Shown here: positions 34,901-46,273 of the stretch, piece by piece | Layout: each line of letters starts with the position of its first letter | How positions within the stretch are numbered: position 1 is the first letter of the stretch | NCBI GenBank assembly: GCA_001687465.1 | Contig: LVLI01000013.1 | Coordinates: 1-64,000, forward strand | DNA: 64,000 nucleotides | From: Halocafeteria seosinensis | Taxonomy: Eukaryota | Direction of reading: 5' to 3' | Made by a program: the position numbers and the translations under genes | The notes under the pieces: generated by a model | What the model saw: only the letters and a program-made list of their open reading frames with translations | Databases searched by the model: none | Told to the model about the DNA's origin: nothing

Positions 34901-36408
34901 TGTTTCGGCAAAAACCTCGCGCAAGTATCTATCAAATGCTTTATCAAGGGCGTATCGAATACCCCGAACGCTAAGGAGACAGACATCAGAACTTCTTTCA
35001 CGGCAGTTCTAAACTGATACCCTTTCATCGCCGCAACTCGATCGGCGAAACGCGGCCCGTAATCTTCCTCAACAGAATCTCTTAGGGAGGATGTCGCCTG
35101 CTCGACAGCGTTAGCTAAGAGTTTGGACGTCAGCAATATGGCAAATGATGCCTGAGACCGGGATCCAAAGAAGTTATTAACCGACTCTCGCCATGAGCGA
35201 GCATCTTTGACCGGGACCAGTACTCTCAGCCTACTTCGTGTGTCACTACTTCGGGAGGCATCACTAGTACTTTGGCGGGATGGAGGAATTTCCAGTTTAG
35301 TGTTTTGTGTTAGGGAAGAGGACGGAGAAGAACGTACAGGTGAATGTAAGTGTGTCTCCTGTTGTTCGCGTCTGGAACGATGCGGGCGCGGTAACTCTCG
35401 GGAAGAATGGGAGCGCAGGAGGGACCATTGCTGAAGGGCGCTCTTTACGCGATGATCATCTTCTTTTCCTCTATAAACTGAGGCTGTTCGAAGCACCGGC
35501 GCCAGAGGTGTTCCAGTCGTAGAAGAGCTACGAGCTCCATTTTCGTTGCCGATCGAACGTCTCTCCTCTGAAGGCCCAGAAGAAGTCGCTAGCCCGCGGG
35601 CTGTCGCCACAACGCTTTCGGCACTTGACACCATAGCTTCTACTCTGGATGATGGTTTATCTATTTCATTCGGACGGTGTTTGGAAGGTTGTTGAGAGGA
35701 TGCTTCTCCTGCACCCTCAGGTAAGTATGACGAGTACTTTTCAAGACCACCAGAGCGAGAAGATCCGACCAGTTGCTCTTTCCGTGAGCGGAACGAAGAG
35801 TGAGATTCTGTACGCTTCTTGTCTACTGTTTCTGTTTCACGCGACTGTAATTTTTGTCTATCCTTTGCTCGTTGAGCAAGGTTCTGCGGCCCAGTGGTTG
35901 TAGACTGTCGAACCGGCTCATGGTTACCAGCAACTGAGCCGAAGCGTCTCCCGGCAACAAGACCATTGCTGCTATTATCATATATGCTCGGTTTCTCTCG
36001 ACGGTGCTGCGACTCTTGCTGTTGAAAATATTCCGTATGTCCAGAATCTTGTTGACGGCCCTGGGATGCTGCTTGTGCACTTGGACTTTCCCAGTCTCCG
36101 TTGAGAGGCAATGGAGGAGCCTGTTTTCTACTTTGTTTAGAGCCTACCTTGTCAGTGAATCGATGCTGCTGCTGAGCCTGCTGCGTGTCAACGTTTGGAG
36201 CGGTATCCGAGTTTACTGATTTATTATGGGTATCTGTAGGTGCGCGAGTAGCAGGACGTTTCTGGTCTTCTCTAATTCCACCAGTTGGCGCCCCGCCATA
36301 ATGGGACTTATAGAGCGAACTGAAGGAAGACGCAATCTTTGCCATGGTTGCATCATATTCCTTGTCTCCTTTCTCTTTTTGAGGGGCTGGAACTCCGGTA
36401 GAGGACAT
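31960..36408 (-). CDS. SFI1: SFI1-repeat (centrin-binding) protein, single exon, 1482 aa
   Basis: Many A..(H/Y)..LL...F..W repeats in the C-terminal half (e.g. ADVFYENRILKRYFHHW, ADSYCRSLLERKAFSWW) after a disordered N-terminus. Confidence 0.8.
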   Translation of the reverse strand: MSSTGVPAPQKEKGDKEYDATMAKIASSFSSLYKSHYGGAPTGGIREDQKRPATRAPTDTHNKSVNSDTAPNVDTQQAQQQHRFTDKVGSKQSRKQAPPLPLNGDWESPSAQAASQGRQQDSGHTEYFQQQESQHRREKPSIYDNSSNGLVAGRRFGSVAGNHEPVRQSTTTGPQNLAQRAKDRQKLQSRETETVDKKRTESHSSFRSRKEQLVGSSRSGGLEKYSSYLPEGAGEASSQQPSKHRPNEIDKPSSRVEAMVSSAESVVATARGLATSSGPSEERRSIGNENGARSSSTTGTPLAPVLRTASVYRGKEDDHRVKSALQQWSLLRSHSSRELPRPHRSRREQQETHLHSPVRSSPSSSLTQNTKLEIPPSRQSTSDASRSSDTRSRLRVLVPVKDARSWRESVNNFFGSRSQASFAILLTSKLLANAVEQATSSLRDSVEEDYGPRFADRVAAMKGYQFRTAVKEVLMSVSLAFGVFDTPLIKHLIDTCARFLPKQETTVATTLNFDRSTSSTVNSFSSPASSASESVVGDVVIESYDEIGFERTAIVTPQHAYLPQPLVEIISEEGLELVRIDELEPATVSWFGPEDIYDDVTTNPVPTFYLNCLPEAIASRLASKLSLEDFVETIAEASDQLASSVDPAGVFDPEIRYKRGHQGYLESSLTLNDELKLWMPTTAEANAIKAGSSLQVSSEVTDKYILSVNSFLNQHRPFNLPSCPPTWKLLMSEYCSRMETKHIGDKRKCWDLLNLFVSVSRQFTFCKNKLKSFRLRASGRIVFEGWQKLLTAKRHYRQRTTKKFLPLWKDATEKAKREYELYVLAVEHANEALLRNTFREWCILVAEEKHEARARRTADVFYENRILKRYFHHWSGALARTRNLHVLNEKAQQRISRKAIRHWQEVITHQQRTRLATVAAHDWYYLRLAIRSFNRIQTYCRDQRNMRKAEALQRFHLQRRGIDHWRFSIQWKRRTRETCYRLVEIRKSSELRIAYRTWVDVTCKQRRLQYALYRREAVLKYQVFQSLWEYMRKRKQRAQDKKRADSYCRSLLERKAFSWWQDMYRDLQTLLAVQEYYRIRLQRKCWSTWRTVVEETLRMRRLKIEAEQKRREFLLKRYFHIWNGTVRETHVEAALDAAARAHFSLSLSRRVWRHWRNVVDASRERQTKADMMKCNYDLQLIRKHFMQLKSETFRMMEEADSYRGSLQAHNALKRWMKFTHNRLVRDEATRLAQLQYRSVLLRKIFDAWDEGVALSKAERQMQNEVVQWYQRKLTKHVLYRWKRGVADGLLQTEDDSDQREEGTHGFHSGQRLSTPSTPSSSPSSLQGPVVVNERGQYVDSEATRPVAIALGRSGQTVSAAFSSKTTLNYSNEASRSKDNKRKDAVDDTGIYPANASPSADRYKDDISNDEHRRARIVEARQRYAKRGRKLARKYAIYKSNGQFRQSASRASERSLSRKAQPLPSLEHIVGHSASKRQEALQD

Positions 36409-37086
36409 TTTGCCCCCCGTAAACTTAACCGTATAATCCTCAGTTTCGGCGTGGACTACTTTCGTCCAGTGTTCTCCATCTGCCGACTTCCGTCATTCTC
36501 CAGCAACCCACATGTGGACAAACCATTCCGAGAACCGACTTGAGTCTTTAACTGGTAGCTATTATCATGCAGAAGACGTCGCACGGAGCCGACAATCAAT
36601 TCGGTGTTGACTGCGCGCCAGAAATTCCAACAGGAATCCAGCAGCCTCGGTTCGAGGGGGCGTCGCCGCCCACAGTTGCGGTTATTGGTCAATTTGGTAA
36701 AGGAGTCGATACTGAAAGACATTCATTATTTATACACGTGCAAGGTTTCCGTTGCTCGAATCAGACACACGGAAACCATTGTGGAAGTTTTTTTCTGTGG
36801 GTATTTCAGCTCATCCCATTAAGAGAAACCGAATCAAAAGAACACAAATCTAATGCACATGCACTTTTCACAGCCCTTTTATCTCCTCTCTATGTGTGCC
36901 GTTGCACCAGTCTCAGCATCACCAGACTTCAACTTCCTTGGGCCGCGGGCCGCGTAGATCGCTTTGTTATTTCAAGCCTTGTACCAGTATTGTGCAGCCA
37001 AGCAAGACAAGAGAATCCTAATCGGCGATTTTCTCCCGCAGGCGCGTTTCTGTGGAGCCATTCTAGTTGGTGCTGTACACGGTACA

Positions 37087-39206
37087 ATGATTTCATCTGG
37101 TGCGACGTCAACGGCGTCGTCGTCCAAAGTCACACCAAAGCGATCTAGCACGAGTTGCCCCCATAGAAGTGACACCGCCGATGATAACCAAAGAAACGAT
37201 GATCTTTGCTCATCACAACGTGTAAATGCGCTAGATGGAGCAGTGGGAGGTCTCAATGGTAATAGTCAAGCTGAATACTGTTCAGAAGAGGGTGGGCTCA
37301 CCCAGACACAGGAGTTCGGAGATTCTTTAATGGGCCTAGATGAACCCGATGAGTCTGCCTCACAACAGCAAAAACGTTCCAAATTATGGGGTAAACTTGT
37401 TCCACTTGTCGCCGGGTTTGAGGAGATGTCCCTGGACGACGATATCGATGAAGTTGTGATAGGTAGACATCAATCGTAAGCGCGGCGCCTGTATTTGAAT
37501 TGTAGTGATACCCCCGTAAACGAATTTCTGCCACCATGCAGCTGTACTGTTCGTGTGAATAACGTACATGTCTCTAGCTCTCATGCCGTCGTTATTCGTC
37601 GCCGGCATGCAGGTAATACCAGTTTTGTGTATTTGAAGGACACGAGGTATGGGAGAGCTTGAAGATTGAGTCCCTGGAGTTCTTCACTGTATGCGGTTAC
37701 TTTGCAGCGCAAATGGGACATTCTTAAATGGCCACCGGGTCCCTCGAAAACAGGAAATCCTCCTTCAGCATGGTGATGAAATCTCGTTGGTCGTACCTTT
37801 TCCGCAAAATCAAATTCATCTTAAGGTGCAGCAAGATACGAAGAAACGACAGCCGTTCGCGTCGTTCATATTTCAACTATTGAGGGATGAAGATAGAAAT
37901 GTCTTTCAACAGTGGCATGGACTCCATGGAGCGAAAACTTCATCAGAGAGGACAGATCGTCTTAGCGCCCTCCTTCCGCCGTCAGCAAGGAAAGCAACAT
38001 CGAAGACAGTCGATGAGCAAATTTCCTCTCGATTCGAACTCTTGGAGGAGATTGGGAGAGGTACTTATGCGAATGTAGTGAAGTGCCTCGAAAAAGAAAC
38101 GGGAAAAGTCTACGCAATGAAAGTATTTCATCGCCAGTGGATAAGTCTGTCGGAGTCTCAATTGGAGGATCATCTGAAAGAAGCCCGCATGCTACGAAGT
38201 CTAAATCATCCCTACATTATTGGCCTGTATGAGGTGTTGTCAACTGAAACAAATATATACATTATCACAGAGCTTGTACAAGGAGGAGAACTGTTTGATC
38301 GATTGGAGAAGGAAGGGCCGTATACGGAAGAACTAGCTAAGATAATGTTCTTTCGCATTTTACTAGTAAGTTGGAATTGCCTAGTCTGTCCAGGTCATGA
38401 TCAACATACCCTGGTTTGCTCATCTGCAGGCCGTTCGGTACCTTCATGAAAATAAGATAGTTCACCGGGACCTAAAGCCAGAAAACATACTGCTGTCATC
38501 TCCTCACGACTTGACAGTACCCAAGGTCGCGGATTTTGGTCTTGCGTCTACACTGGGTATGGATGGACTAAAGAGCTATGTTGGCACTCCTCAATATTTT
38601 GCGCCCGAGGTGCTTCGTCGGAGTATGACAGTCGCTGGTAGGGGAAGCTATGGAACAGAAGTGGATATGTGGAGTTTAGGGGTTATCTTGTACGTGATTC
38701 TCGCGGCGGCATTTCCGTTTAGCAGTAAAGATATGGAAGTATCTTTAGAGAATGTAAAATGGAATTTCAAACCGGCACCCTTTGACCACGTGACTGAGCA
38801 TGCAAAGCGGTTTGTGAAGAAGTTGCTAGATCCTAATCCTCGAACCAGACCTGATGTCTTTGAAGCGCTCGCCGACTCATGGTTTGACGGTATCCGAGAG
38901 CAAGAGTATGCACTAGAAACACGGCTGAAGCAAGAATGGAAAACGAGACAGAACACAATGAAGGCCAGCGATTCAAATAGGAGGCATTCAGCAGTTACAA
39001 CTTGTAGCAGTAGCACGTATCCTGCGGGCGACAGCCCCCAAAATGTTGCATCGACTAACGGAAGCACCTCCCCTAAGACGCAAGGAAGAGCTGAAGGCGA
39101 TGACAGTGAAGCGACCCGGTCTAAGAGAAGACGGAAGGACTGGAATCCTCAACCATTTCAAAGGCGAGTATCCGCACGTCTGCGACAGAAGCAGAAACAC
39201 AAGTGA
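37087..39206 (+). CDS. CHEK2: CHK2/Cds1-like checkpoint kinase (SQ/TQ cluster + FHA + CAMK-group kinase), multi-exon
   Basis: SSQ, NSQ, TQTQ, ASQ. FHA motifs WGKL..IGRH..C..VSSSH..LKDTSANGTFLN..L.HGDEI. Kinase motifs IGRGTYA, GGELFD, HRDLKPENIL, DFG, GTPQYFAPE, DMWSLG. Confidence 0.85.
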
Positions 39207-39963
39207 AACCGATTTGGCGAAGCATATTTGTGGAAATCATTTCCGTAGAGTTTCCACGAAGAGAAGCCAGTTCGTATTCTACAAGAAGTCTATAAGCGTG
39301 GAATGAGCGAAAAAACGTAAGTGGGGTTCAATAAAGCAGCTACCCTGGTACGTTCCCAACGATGTTGTCCTTTGGGAAGCCAGAGAGAGGGAAAAACTGC
39401 TCCTTTTTCTGGATTGGGTTTAGCAAGCATGGTTCGCGCGAATTGGAAGCAAGCACACACAATCCAAGACAGAAAGAGTGATTACTGAGGCACAGGCTGT
39501 GTAATTACGCTCGCGAATTCGTATATTGAGAAATTAACTAACCCATGCTGTTACAGTAGTCACCTTTCCACAAAATTCCTACGCCAATTCCCTCTGTTCT
39601 CAGTTTCCTTTGGACTTAGGAAATAAGTAGTAGCTATTGGTTGCTCCCCAAGAAAACGTAAACCCATAGGACTGCAATGAACACACCAATCCAGTGAGCG
39701 AGGGTACGGCCAAGGTTGTTCTTCAGGGGAAAAAACAGGGGTGTTGACCCTCCCTAACCCTTTTTGTTGTTTTGCCCCTGACACCTGAAGGCTAGCTACC
39801 TCAGTAGAGAGATACTCCAAGCTCTCCAAGTCAAAGTACACACGCTTACCTTAAAAAGACTGCACAAACGCATGGTCATCATGCTGGAAGATGACAATGA
39901 GCTCCTGCCAATGCAGCTCCCTCCATAAGAAAGTCTTCCACCAGGCTCTGCTGTTTTTCCCAC

Positions 39964-40119
39964 TTAGATTCCCAATTTAGTACGACGCCAATGACGACGC
40001 CTGGCATTAAATCTGATCGTGCTGTTTGTTTTGAACCGAATCCAGTGAGGGATAGGTCTGTTTTGCTTGCGCTTTTTTGCCAGAATGCGCTTCGTTCTGA
40101 AGGTCTTGTGGGACGGCAT
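39964..40119 (-). CDS. RPL39: 60S ribosomal protein L39 (eL39), 51 aa
   Basis: [51 protein letters not shown]. Confidence 0.97.
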   Translation of the reverse strand: MPSHKTFRTKRILAKKRKQNRPIPHWIRFKTNSTIRFNARRRHWRRTKLGI

Positions 40120-40399
40120 CGTTCCGGACTTCCCCTCCTTCAAACAGTGAGAAAGAAACAAAGAAAACACCCGATCGTATCTCTAACTTCGAGTATACCC
40201 CTTTCTGCGTATTCAGTTGACAATGTCCACTTTCGCGAGCGTAGTAATATATAGTGATTGAAATGTTAGACCACAGCGTCGATCCGGGCCCACAGCCCGG
40301 ATTCGACATGTAATGGCAGCCTGCCAGGCTGCCAACCGACAGATTTGTCTAGCTGTACATACCCATTGGGCGGATAGTGATCTGTAAAAAAACACGAAA

Positions 40400-40906
40400 A
40401 TGGTTCAAGGAAGTATATTTCACACTACGGTGATTAATTTCTACCGTAATATGGTCATGTTCGGCCATAGACGGGGGATTAAGAGCTACTGCACAGGCTT
40501 GATGTAAGTTCAACGTTGTCCCCCATGCTTTTTGTCCCCTTCGAGACTCCCGTCGAGACTGCCCCACAGCTCGAGCTAGTTCTATCTGGGCGCCATCGCC
40601 AATGTTCACTTATTGCATGACTGTCGCACGCAGGTCTGGTGTTTTGCTACTCACATATCTTAGTAAAGTTCAGCAACATGAGAATCGTATGTCGGCGTAA
40701 TCCATTAGGTCCTTCTGTTTCTGTTGATGTACGTCCGACGCACTTCTTGTCTTGCAGATTATACACGGGAGAAGACTTCAGATTTTTACAAAGAGAACTT
40801 CTCGGAACGATATGACAATCCGGTTTTCAAACTTCCAGCGTACGAGAATGGGGAGCACACACATGAATTACGAGGATTGGCCAAGAAGAAGGCAGAACAT
40901 CACTAA
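40400..40906 (+). CDS. Small 101-aa protein with one hydrophobic segment; exons 40400-40503, 40634-40686, 40758-40906
   Basis: ATG in A-rich context; gtaagt..gcag and gtatgt..gcag introns with compatible phases; 104+53+149=306 nt ending in TAA. Confidence 0.7.
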
Positions 40907-41085
40907 GAAAAGAACGCTCCCGGAAGCAATCTGGAAGGCTGGTATGGTAAATATAGCAGCAAAGATACCAGCAGAAATTTTGATAAACAGTCTAGTCTAT
41001 TACTTTTCTAGTGACGACGTGGTCTTTAGTGACGCGAAATTGTAGATGCCGGCATGCAATCAAACCAGCTTATATGAAACCCTAC

Positions 41086-44053
41086 CTACTTCTTCTTTTT
41101 GGCTTCCTCGTGCTCTTTCTGGAATTTCTCCACCAGTTGCTTTTGAACGTCACCACCTACGAACTCATGAGCTTTGTATTCCATGCTAAATTCTCCTTTG
41201 CCCTGAGTTGAGCTCCGAAGATCAGTGCTGAATCCGAACATATTGCTTAGTGGCACGTCTGCATTGATTACAACTGTTTGCGTTCCAGTGTCCTGGTTGT
41301 TCAGAGCTCCTTTCCGCTTGTTCAGTAAGCCGATAGTTGTCCCTTGGAACTCCACAGGTACCTCAACCTCAACCTGCAAGAATAGTTGTTGTTTTTTCCG
41401 AGAAATCCGCAAATGGCATCTTAGCTATGACCTACATTCATGACAGGTTCTTTGATTGCCGGCTTGGCTGCTTCGAACCCCTGACGAAAGGCGTAGCGCG
41501 ATGCAAGCTTGAAAGCCATCTCAGAGGAGTCCACCGGGTGATCTTGACCATCTGCGAGGAAGAGGGAGTGCTGCTATCTAGCGGCTTCAGATCCCGAGGA
41601 AGTCGTTGACACATACCGGTGATACACACACGGACTCCCTCTACTGGATGGCCCGTTAGATGACCCTTTTCCACAGCTTCTTCAAAGCCTTTTTTGCAGG
41701 CACTGATATACTCTGGAGGAATAGCATTTCCGACTATCTTGTTCTCAAACTGAAACTTATGCTCGCTATCTTCCGGCAGTGGTTCCATATACCTGTGAGC
41801 AGATAAGGTGAGAAGATAAGATAAGATCAGGATCAGGAGACAGGTCGAAGAAGCTTACCCTACGACTCTCGCAAATTGGCCCGCACCGCCTGTTTGCTTT
41901 TTGTGCAGGAAGTTGAATTCGCCCCTTCTGGTCACGGTTTCGCGGTAGTTAACTTGCGGTTCGCCTACCACTACGTCTGCCTTATATTCTCTCTGCAATT
42001 AAAGACGTTGTCCGGTCGATGTCATTGGCTGCATTTTTATCTTCCTTACGTACTCTCATTCTCTCTATGTAAATGTCCAGATGAAGTTCCCCCATTCCCG
42101 AGATGATGGTCTCACCGCTTTCACTGTCCACATGTACTCTGAACGTGGGGTCCTCACGCTGAAACCTATTCAATGCTTTCCCGAAGTTTGCTGAATCTTG
42201 AGGGTTCTTTGGTTTCACAGCATAACTAATGACAGGCTCAGGCACATGCATGGAACTCATTGCATACTTAACCGAGCCATCTGTGCAACATGCCACAGCA
42301 TTTGTTTCAGAAACGCACACTTCCAGGAAACTAGGAGACATACCTGTAAACGTTTCGCCCGAAGCACAATCTACTCCAAACGTTGCAACGATCTCACCGG
42401 CTGTTGCTTCATCGACATCCTCCATTTCATTCGAATGCATACGAACAAGTCGTGGGAGTTTGACTTTATCCTGCTTGTCGACATTGTAAAACACTCCGCC
42501 TTTTCTCATCCGACCCTGCATTGTAACATGGTTGCTCATCCCGAAATAAAGACAAACTGCAAAAACCATTCCAGCATACTTGATAGACTCTGAAGTACGT
42601 GAGCTGTCCAAATCTGCTTTCCTCGAGTTTAAAAGCGAGAGCAACTAATGGTTTGTCTGCATCAGTCTCTAGAGGAACTTCCTGTTCGTCGTTGTCTCTA
42701 TCAAGAGCAACATTGTCAATTTGGCCAGGATGAGGTAAGTATCGGGAGACACCATCCTGTGATGCGAAAATTTAGCATGAGAAGCGTTTCGCCAGGAAGT
42801 GGAAAACGAAGCGGTCACTCACCAGCAGCGGTTGAACACCTTTATTCTTGAAAGCGGAACCCATCATCACGGGGACAAACTGAAGATTTACAGTCGCCGA
42901 TCGAATAGCTTCGTGGAGTTGGTCTTGGCTCGGTTCTTCCTCTAACAGGAACAACTCTGCTATCTCGTCATTGACGTCAGCCAGTGACTCAATTAGCTTC
43001 GTCCTCGCTGCGTTATATTCTTCTTCAACCTCTTTGGGAATGTCCACTTCTACCATTTTTTCACCAAACTCTCCGTGGAATTCATAGGCTTTGCCGGTTA
43101 TTACATCTACGATCCCTCTGTGGCCATCCTCTAGGCCTAATGGAACGTGGATCGCTGCAGCATTGAGACTAAGTTTATTCCTCAGGTCCTGTAGGAAAGC
43201 TAATGACAATTTCATGATATCAAAATGGATAATGTAGTTGACTTCTTCTTGCTGGTGCATACCTGAACCACCTTTTGGGGATTGCTTCCTTGTCTGTCCA
43301 GCTTGTTAATGAATGCAATCCTGGGTACACTATACCGTTTCATCTGACGGTCTACAGTGATGCTCTGGCTTTGCACACCGCTCACACCGCATAAAACTAA
43401 AATTGCACCATCCAATACCCGTAAAGCTCTGCGCTTTCAAGTTCGGTGTCCTTTGAATACTAGACCAGTGCACATATCCCTACTCACCTTTCCACCTCCA
43501 CCGTGAAATCGACATGCCCAGGGGTGTCAATGATATTAATGCGTGTATCTCCCCAGCTAGCATATGTAGCGGCGGACTGAATCGTGATGCCCTTCTCACG
43601 TTCCAGTTCCATGTGGTCCATTTTTGCGCCTACTCCATCTTTTCCTCTGACATCGTGGATTTTGTCGATTCTTCCCGTGTAGAAAAGAATTCTTTCGGTG
43701 AGAGTCGTTTTACCACTGTCTATGTGAGCAGAAATTCCAATGTTACGCAGCTTCGTGATGTCACTAATAGAGGTTCCAGCATCCTTTGTATTGCTCGCGA
43801 AGCGCATTTGCTGACAGTCCCATGAGCGCCTTGCCAGGAGCATGTGGCGATTCCGCTGGACCAGAGAAAGGTCGACCAATCTCCTGCAAAGCGCCATCGA
43901 ATATTGTCCGCGGGGAAGAGCACGAGCTTCTCCTTGGCCGGCAGCTGGGGTAGAATGCTGTCTGGAGCCAGAGGAGCACCCCATGCGTGGTGGTGCTTTC
44001 AACCAGCGAGCCCGCGAACCAGTCCAGTGTTGCCTCAGTGACGAAAGTGCCAT
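41086..44053 (-). CDS. GFM1: Mitochondrial elongation factor G1, multi-exon
   Basis: Presequence, then [83 protein letters not shown]. Confidence 0.96.
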
Positions 44054-45038
44054 CTTGTTGGGGATCTCGTGGTGTGCTCAACGAAATTCTATCCTAGTGC
44101 AGACAAACAATTGAATGGGACATGTAGTACAGTGTACACGACTACACGCAGCACCACCAAGTTGGGTGAGTCAGTGACCCTGACACCGCCTCAATCAGGC
44201 TGCTGGAAGCTCAGGCTGTGGAACCTATGCTACAACACAATTGAAGAAGAAGGATTTTGTTGTAAATTACGTTCAAGCATTCGGCTTTCGGAAAGTCTAC
44301 CAAGGTAACTCCAGCATGAGCGAGGTGCTTACTCCTCTCCTTCTTCCATTTTGGAAATGTATGTGGGGCTAGTCGCATTGTAGTTTTGTATTTCTCCAGA
44401 TGGAAGTTCATGGAACTTGCGACAGTGTTTCAATTTGGAATGGCTAGTTGGAGGCCATGTGTGATTAGTCTGCTCGGGGTTTGGAGTAAACTTGCGGACA
44501 GAGTAAATCACTCCGCTTGCTGCACTTAGCAACCCGCTTGTTAATTCGTAGACGATAGCGGACATGTTAAGGACAAGACTTGACCAATGGCGGGAACACA
44601 TGCCTTTGTACAGCACACCCCTTACCATCTAACGTAGTTTCCCTCTTGCGAAGAGTTCCCAAGCAACCGGGTCTCTGGTTCGCGACAGCTTGATCATCTA
44701 AACGCTCGTATATGAGCATANCCTGCATGGAATACACCGTTGATTAATACAGGTGTGCTACCCGATAGTACAGAGCCTACTATAGTCCACAAGCTGGTGT
44801 AATCCAGACAATAATAAAGGGAAGTTAGCAAGGAAAGTTTGTTCCATTGAAGCAAAGGTCAGTCCAATCATTGGACTCCAATGGACTCCAATGGCATGAA
44901 CTCCATCGGACTATGACTGTGCAGTCAGCATTGTCAAATCGGCTCTGGGCACTGCACACCAATCCCAGTTAGTGGTTTGGACAGAGTGCTTTTAGAAAAA
45001 TTTCCCCTGCAAAATCCCCTGTGTCCTTTTTATTAACC

Positions 45039-45927
45039 ATGAGCAGCGAGAGCGATGCTAATAAGAAGGCAGCTGGCAGCGTTCGGATGCAATTTGTCAG
45101 ATTGTTGGCAGTTTTGCCTGTGTTCTTGGCGATCTCGTTTTTCGCTGTTGATAAGTGGCTTGCCGAAAAGTCATACGAATTTAGTTTCGAGGAAGTGTCC
45201 TACATTGCAAAGCGCGCCTCAAAGAGCTTTGGTAAGGCGAGATTGCTGGACAAGAAATCTGCCAAACTTGCTTGTCGTCACGTTTGCAGATACTCATGAA
45301 GAAATGTTTCTAAATATCACAAAAAGTTTGCAACAGTCTCATCCTACAGGAATCAGTGCAGTTGTACAAGAACATCCATGGATCTTCATTAATGCTGGTA
45401 CGTATTCGGAGCAAACGTCTGAAAATTAGGCCTTCAGCACTTCTGCATGTGTGGGACGACAGGTGGATGGATGGGAGCATATTCCCTTTTATATTCATCG
45501 TTGAGCGAGTATGTTTTGCTTTTTGGAACCCCAATTGGAAGTGGAGGTCATTCGGGGAGATACTGGGCTCACATTGGTGAGTTCTCTTATTGCTCCAGCG
45601 ATAGTTTCCTGAAAAGTAATTTAATTATCGTGGGTTACAGAAGATACAACGATTACGGGTACATTTCATCAATGGCCTGAGGGCTCCACAAGGAAGAAGA
45701 CATACGGGCCTTCAAGCACTGTTGTTCACAGAAGGTGGGAAGCGACAAATGTCTATTGGGAGGCGGATACATGGATGGTAGAATATGCTCGTGGGTTTAT
45801 TCCTAGCGCAATGCCTTTTGCCTTGGCAGATAGTTTATTTAGTGCTCAAGATGTGCTTAGTATTTGGAAGTCTGTCAAAATGTATGGGCAGGAAGTAGTG
45901 CGCAACATGTGGAGCGGACGTTTTTGA
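45039..45927 (+). CDS. ERG2: C-8 sterol isomerase / sigma-1 receptor family protein, multi-exon
   Basis: N-terminal [71 protein letters not shown]. Confidence 0.93.
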
Positions 45928-46273
45928 CTCCCAATGCCTATACGAGTACCACAAGTAGGTATTCTTAACTCATGGCGAATTAGATTGAGTAAACGAATAC
46001 ATATGTTAGCAGCGTTTGGTTCATTTACACTTCTTTAATTTACTTGACAAAGTCTTTACTCCTCGAAGTTCACGAGCCTAAACATCTCCAGATTCCTTGA
46101 AGCCGTGAACTTCAAGCTGTCCGCCCATTAGCACCGTGTACCACTTTAATAGGGCCTTTCAGTTGAATTGAGTATTGAAGGGCAAAGGACTGCCACGGAT
46201 TGATCGCACTCCTACCTCTTGCATGCACACTCACGCGGTCAGATATTTATTCCCTTGTGGGTGGAACTGAATA

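Noticed and set aside
32043..36543. Numerous short ORFs overlapping the SFI1-like gene, and similar ones over other genes
   Set aside because: Shadow or alternate frames of real genes, with no independent coding evidence
25607..39206. Functional clustering of ciliary/centrosomal and DNA-damage genes (DNAAF3, SFI1, APE1, CHK2)
   Set aside because: Interleaved with unrelated housekeeping genes; chance adjacency in a compact genome is sufficient
44868..44912. Short tggactccaa tandem (CCAAT-like) between GFM1 and ERG2
   Set aside because: Two to three copies only, and the N at 44721 makes the intergenic context uncertain
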